The notes under the pieces: generated by a model
The model's database searches: none
Seen by the model: the letters and a program-made list of their open reading frames with translations, nothing else
What the model was told of the DNA's origin: nothing
Shown here: positions 4,935 to 5,061 of the stretch, piece after piece
Position numbering within the stretch: the first letter of the stretch is position 1
Layout: each line of letters starts with the position of its first letter
Assembly: GCA_048939465.1 (NCBI GenBank)
Contig: JBHLPL010000122.1
Span: 1-5,061 of the forward strand
DNA: 5,061 bases
DNA from: Promethearchaeota archaeon
Lineage (GTDB): Archaea; Asgardarchaeota; Odinarchaeia; Odinarchaeales; JBHLKK01
Direction: 5' to 3'
Position numbers and translations under genes: made by a program

Positions 4935-4953
4935 AAAAGAAATTTCGAAAAAA
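4935..4953 (-). terminator. U-rich archaeal terminator after the rRNA trailer
   Basis: Minus strand TTTTTTCGAAATTTCTTTT, between the 23S 3' end and the rnpB promoter. Confidence 0.5.
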
Positions 4954-5010
4954 GAGTCTTTGCCATGCAGGTTCGTATCCCTGAATTTAACCCCAAGCGA
5001 ATGACTTTCG

Positions 5011-5061
5011 AAGCGCGAACGCTCGGACGGTTAGTAGCGGCGGGCTCAATTGGTCGGCCGA
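5011..5061 (-). rRNA. rrl: 23S rRNA, extreme 3' end (partial; exact mature end uncertain)
   Basis: Minus strand reads UCGGCCGACCAAUUGAGCCCGCCGCUACUAACCGUCCGAGCG.... This matches the conserved LSU 3'-terminal pattern (U)UGAGCy....G.UACUAA....CCG.G, recalled from bacterial and archaeal 23S ends, and is followed by a trailer and a U-run. Only about 50 nt are visible. Confidence 0.72.

Noticed and set aside
5035-5061. tRNA-like 5' end on the plus strand (AGCGGCGGGCTCAATTGGTC), and an open frame from ATG 4965
   Set aside because: It has G rather than the near-invariant U at position 8 and no D-stem partner. The open frame has no Shine-Dalgarno or motif. The minus strand fits the 23S rRNA 3' end better, though the window edge limits certainty.
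1-5061. Mobile element, provirus or CRISPR signals near the tRNA
   Set aside because: No integrase or transposase, att-like duplication of the tRNA 3' end, terminal inverted repeats or repeat-spacer array was seen.

Overview
Archaeal chromosomal window, probably TACK superphylum. This is inferred from the non-canonical BHB tRNA introns, the archaeal-type RNase P RNA, the absence of a 5S gene after the 23S, and the mptA, tsr3 and COG1709-type genes. In order it holds: the 5' part of an XRE/Cro-type HTH regulator (minus strand, missed by the ORF track); a tRNA-Pro(CGG) split by three non-canonical bulge-helix-bulge introns (22/23, 45/46, 59/60); an FAD-dependent oxidoreductase; a SWIM zinc-finger protein; a GTP cyclohydrolase of the MptA/FolE2 family; a small acidic hypothetical protein; tsr3; a complete type A RNase P RNA (minus); and the probable 3' tip of a 23S rRNA gene (minus). 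The most notable element is the triple-intron tRNA, in which 74 of 149 nt are intron. No mobile element or CRISPR array was seen. All RNA structures were folded by eye and no database search was run.
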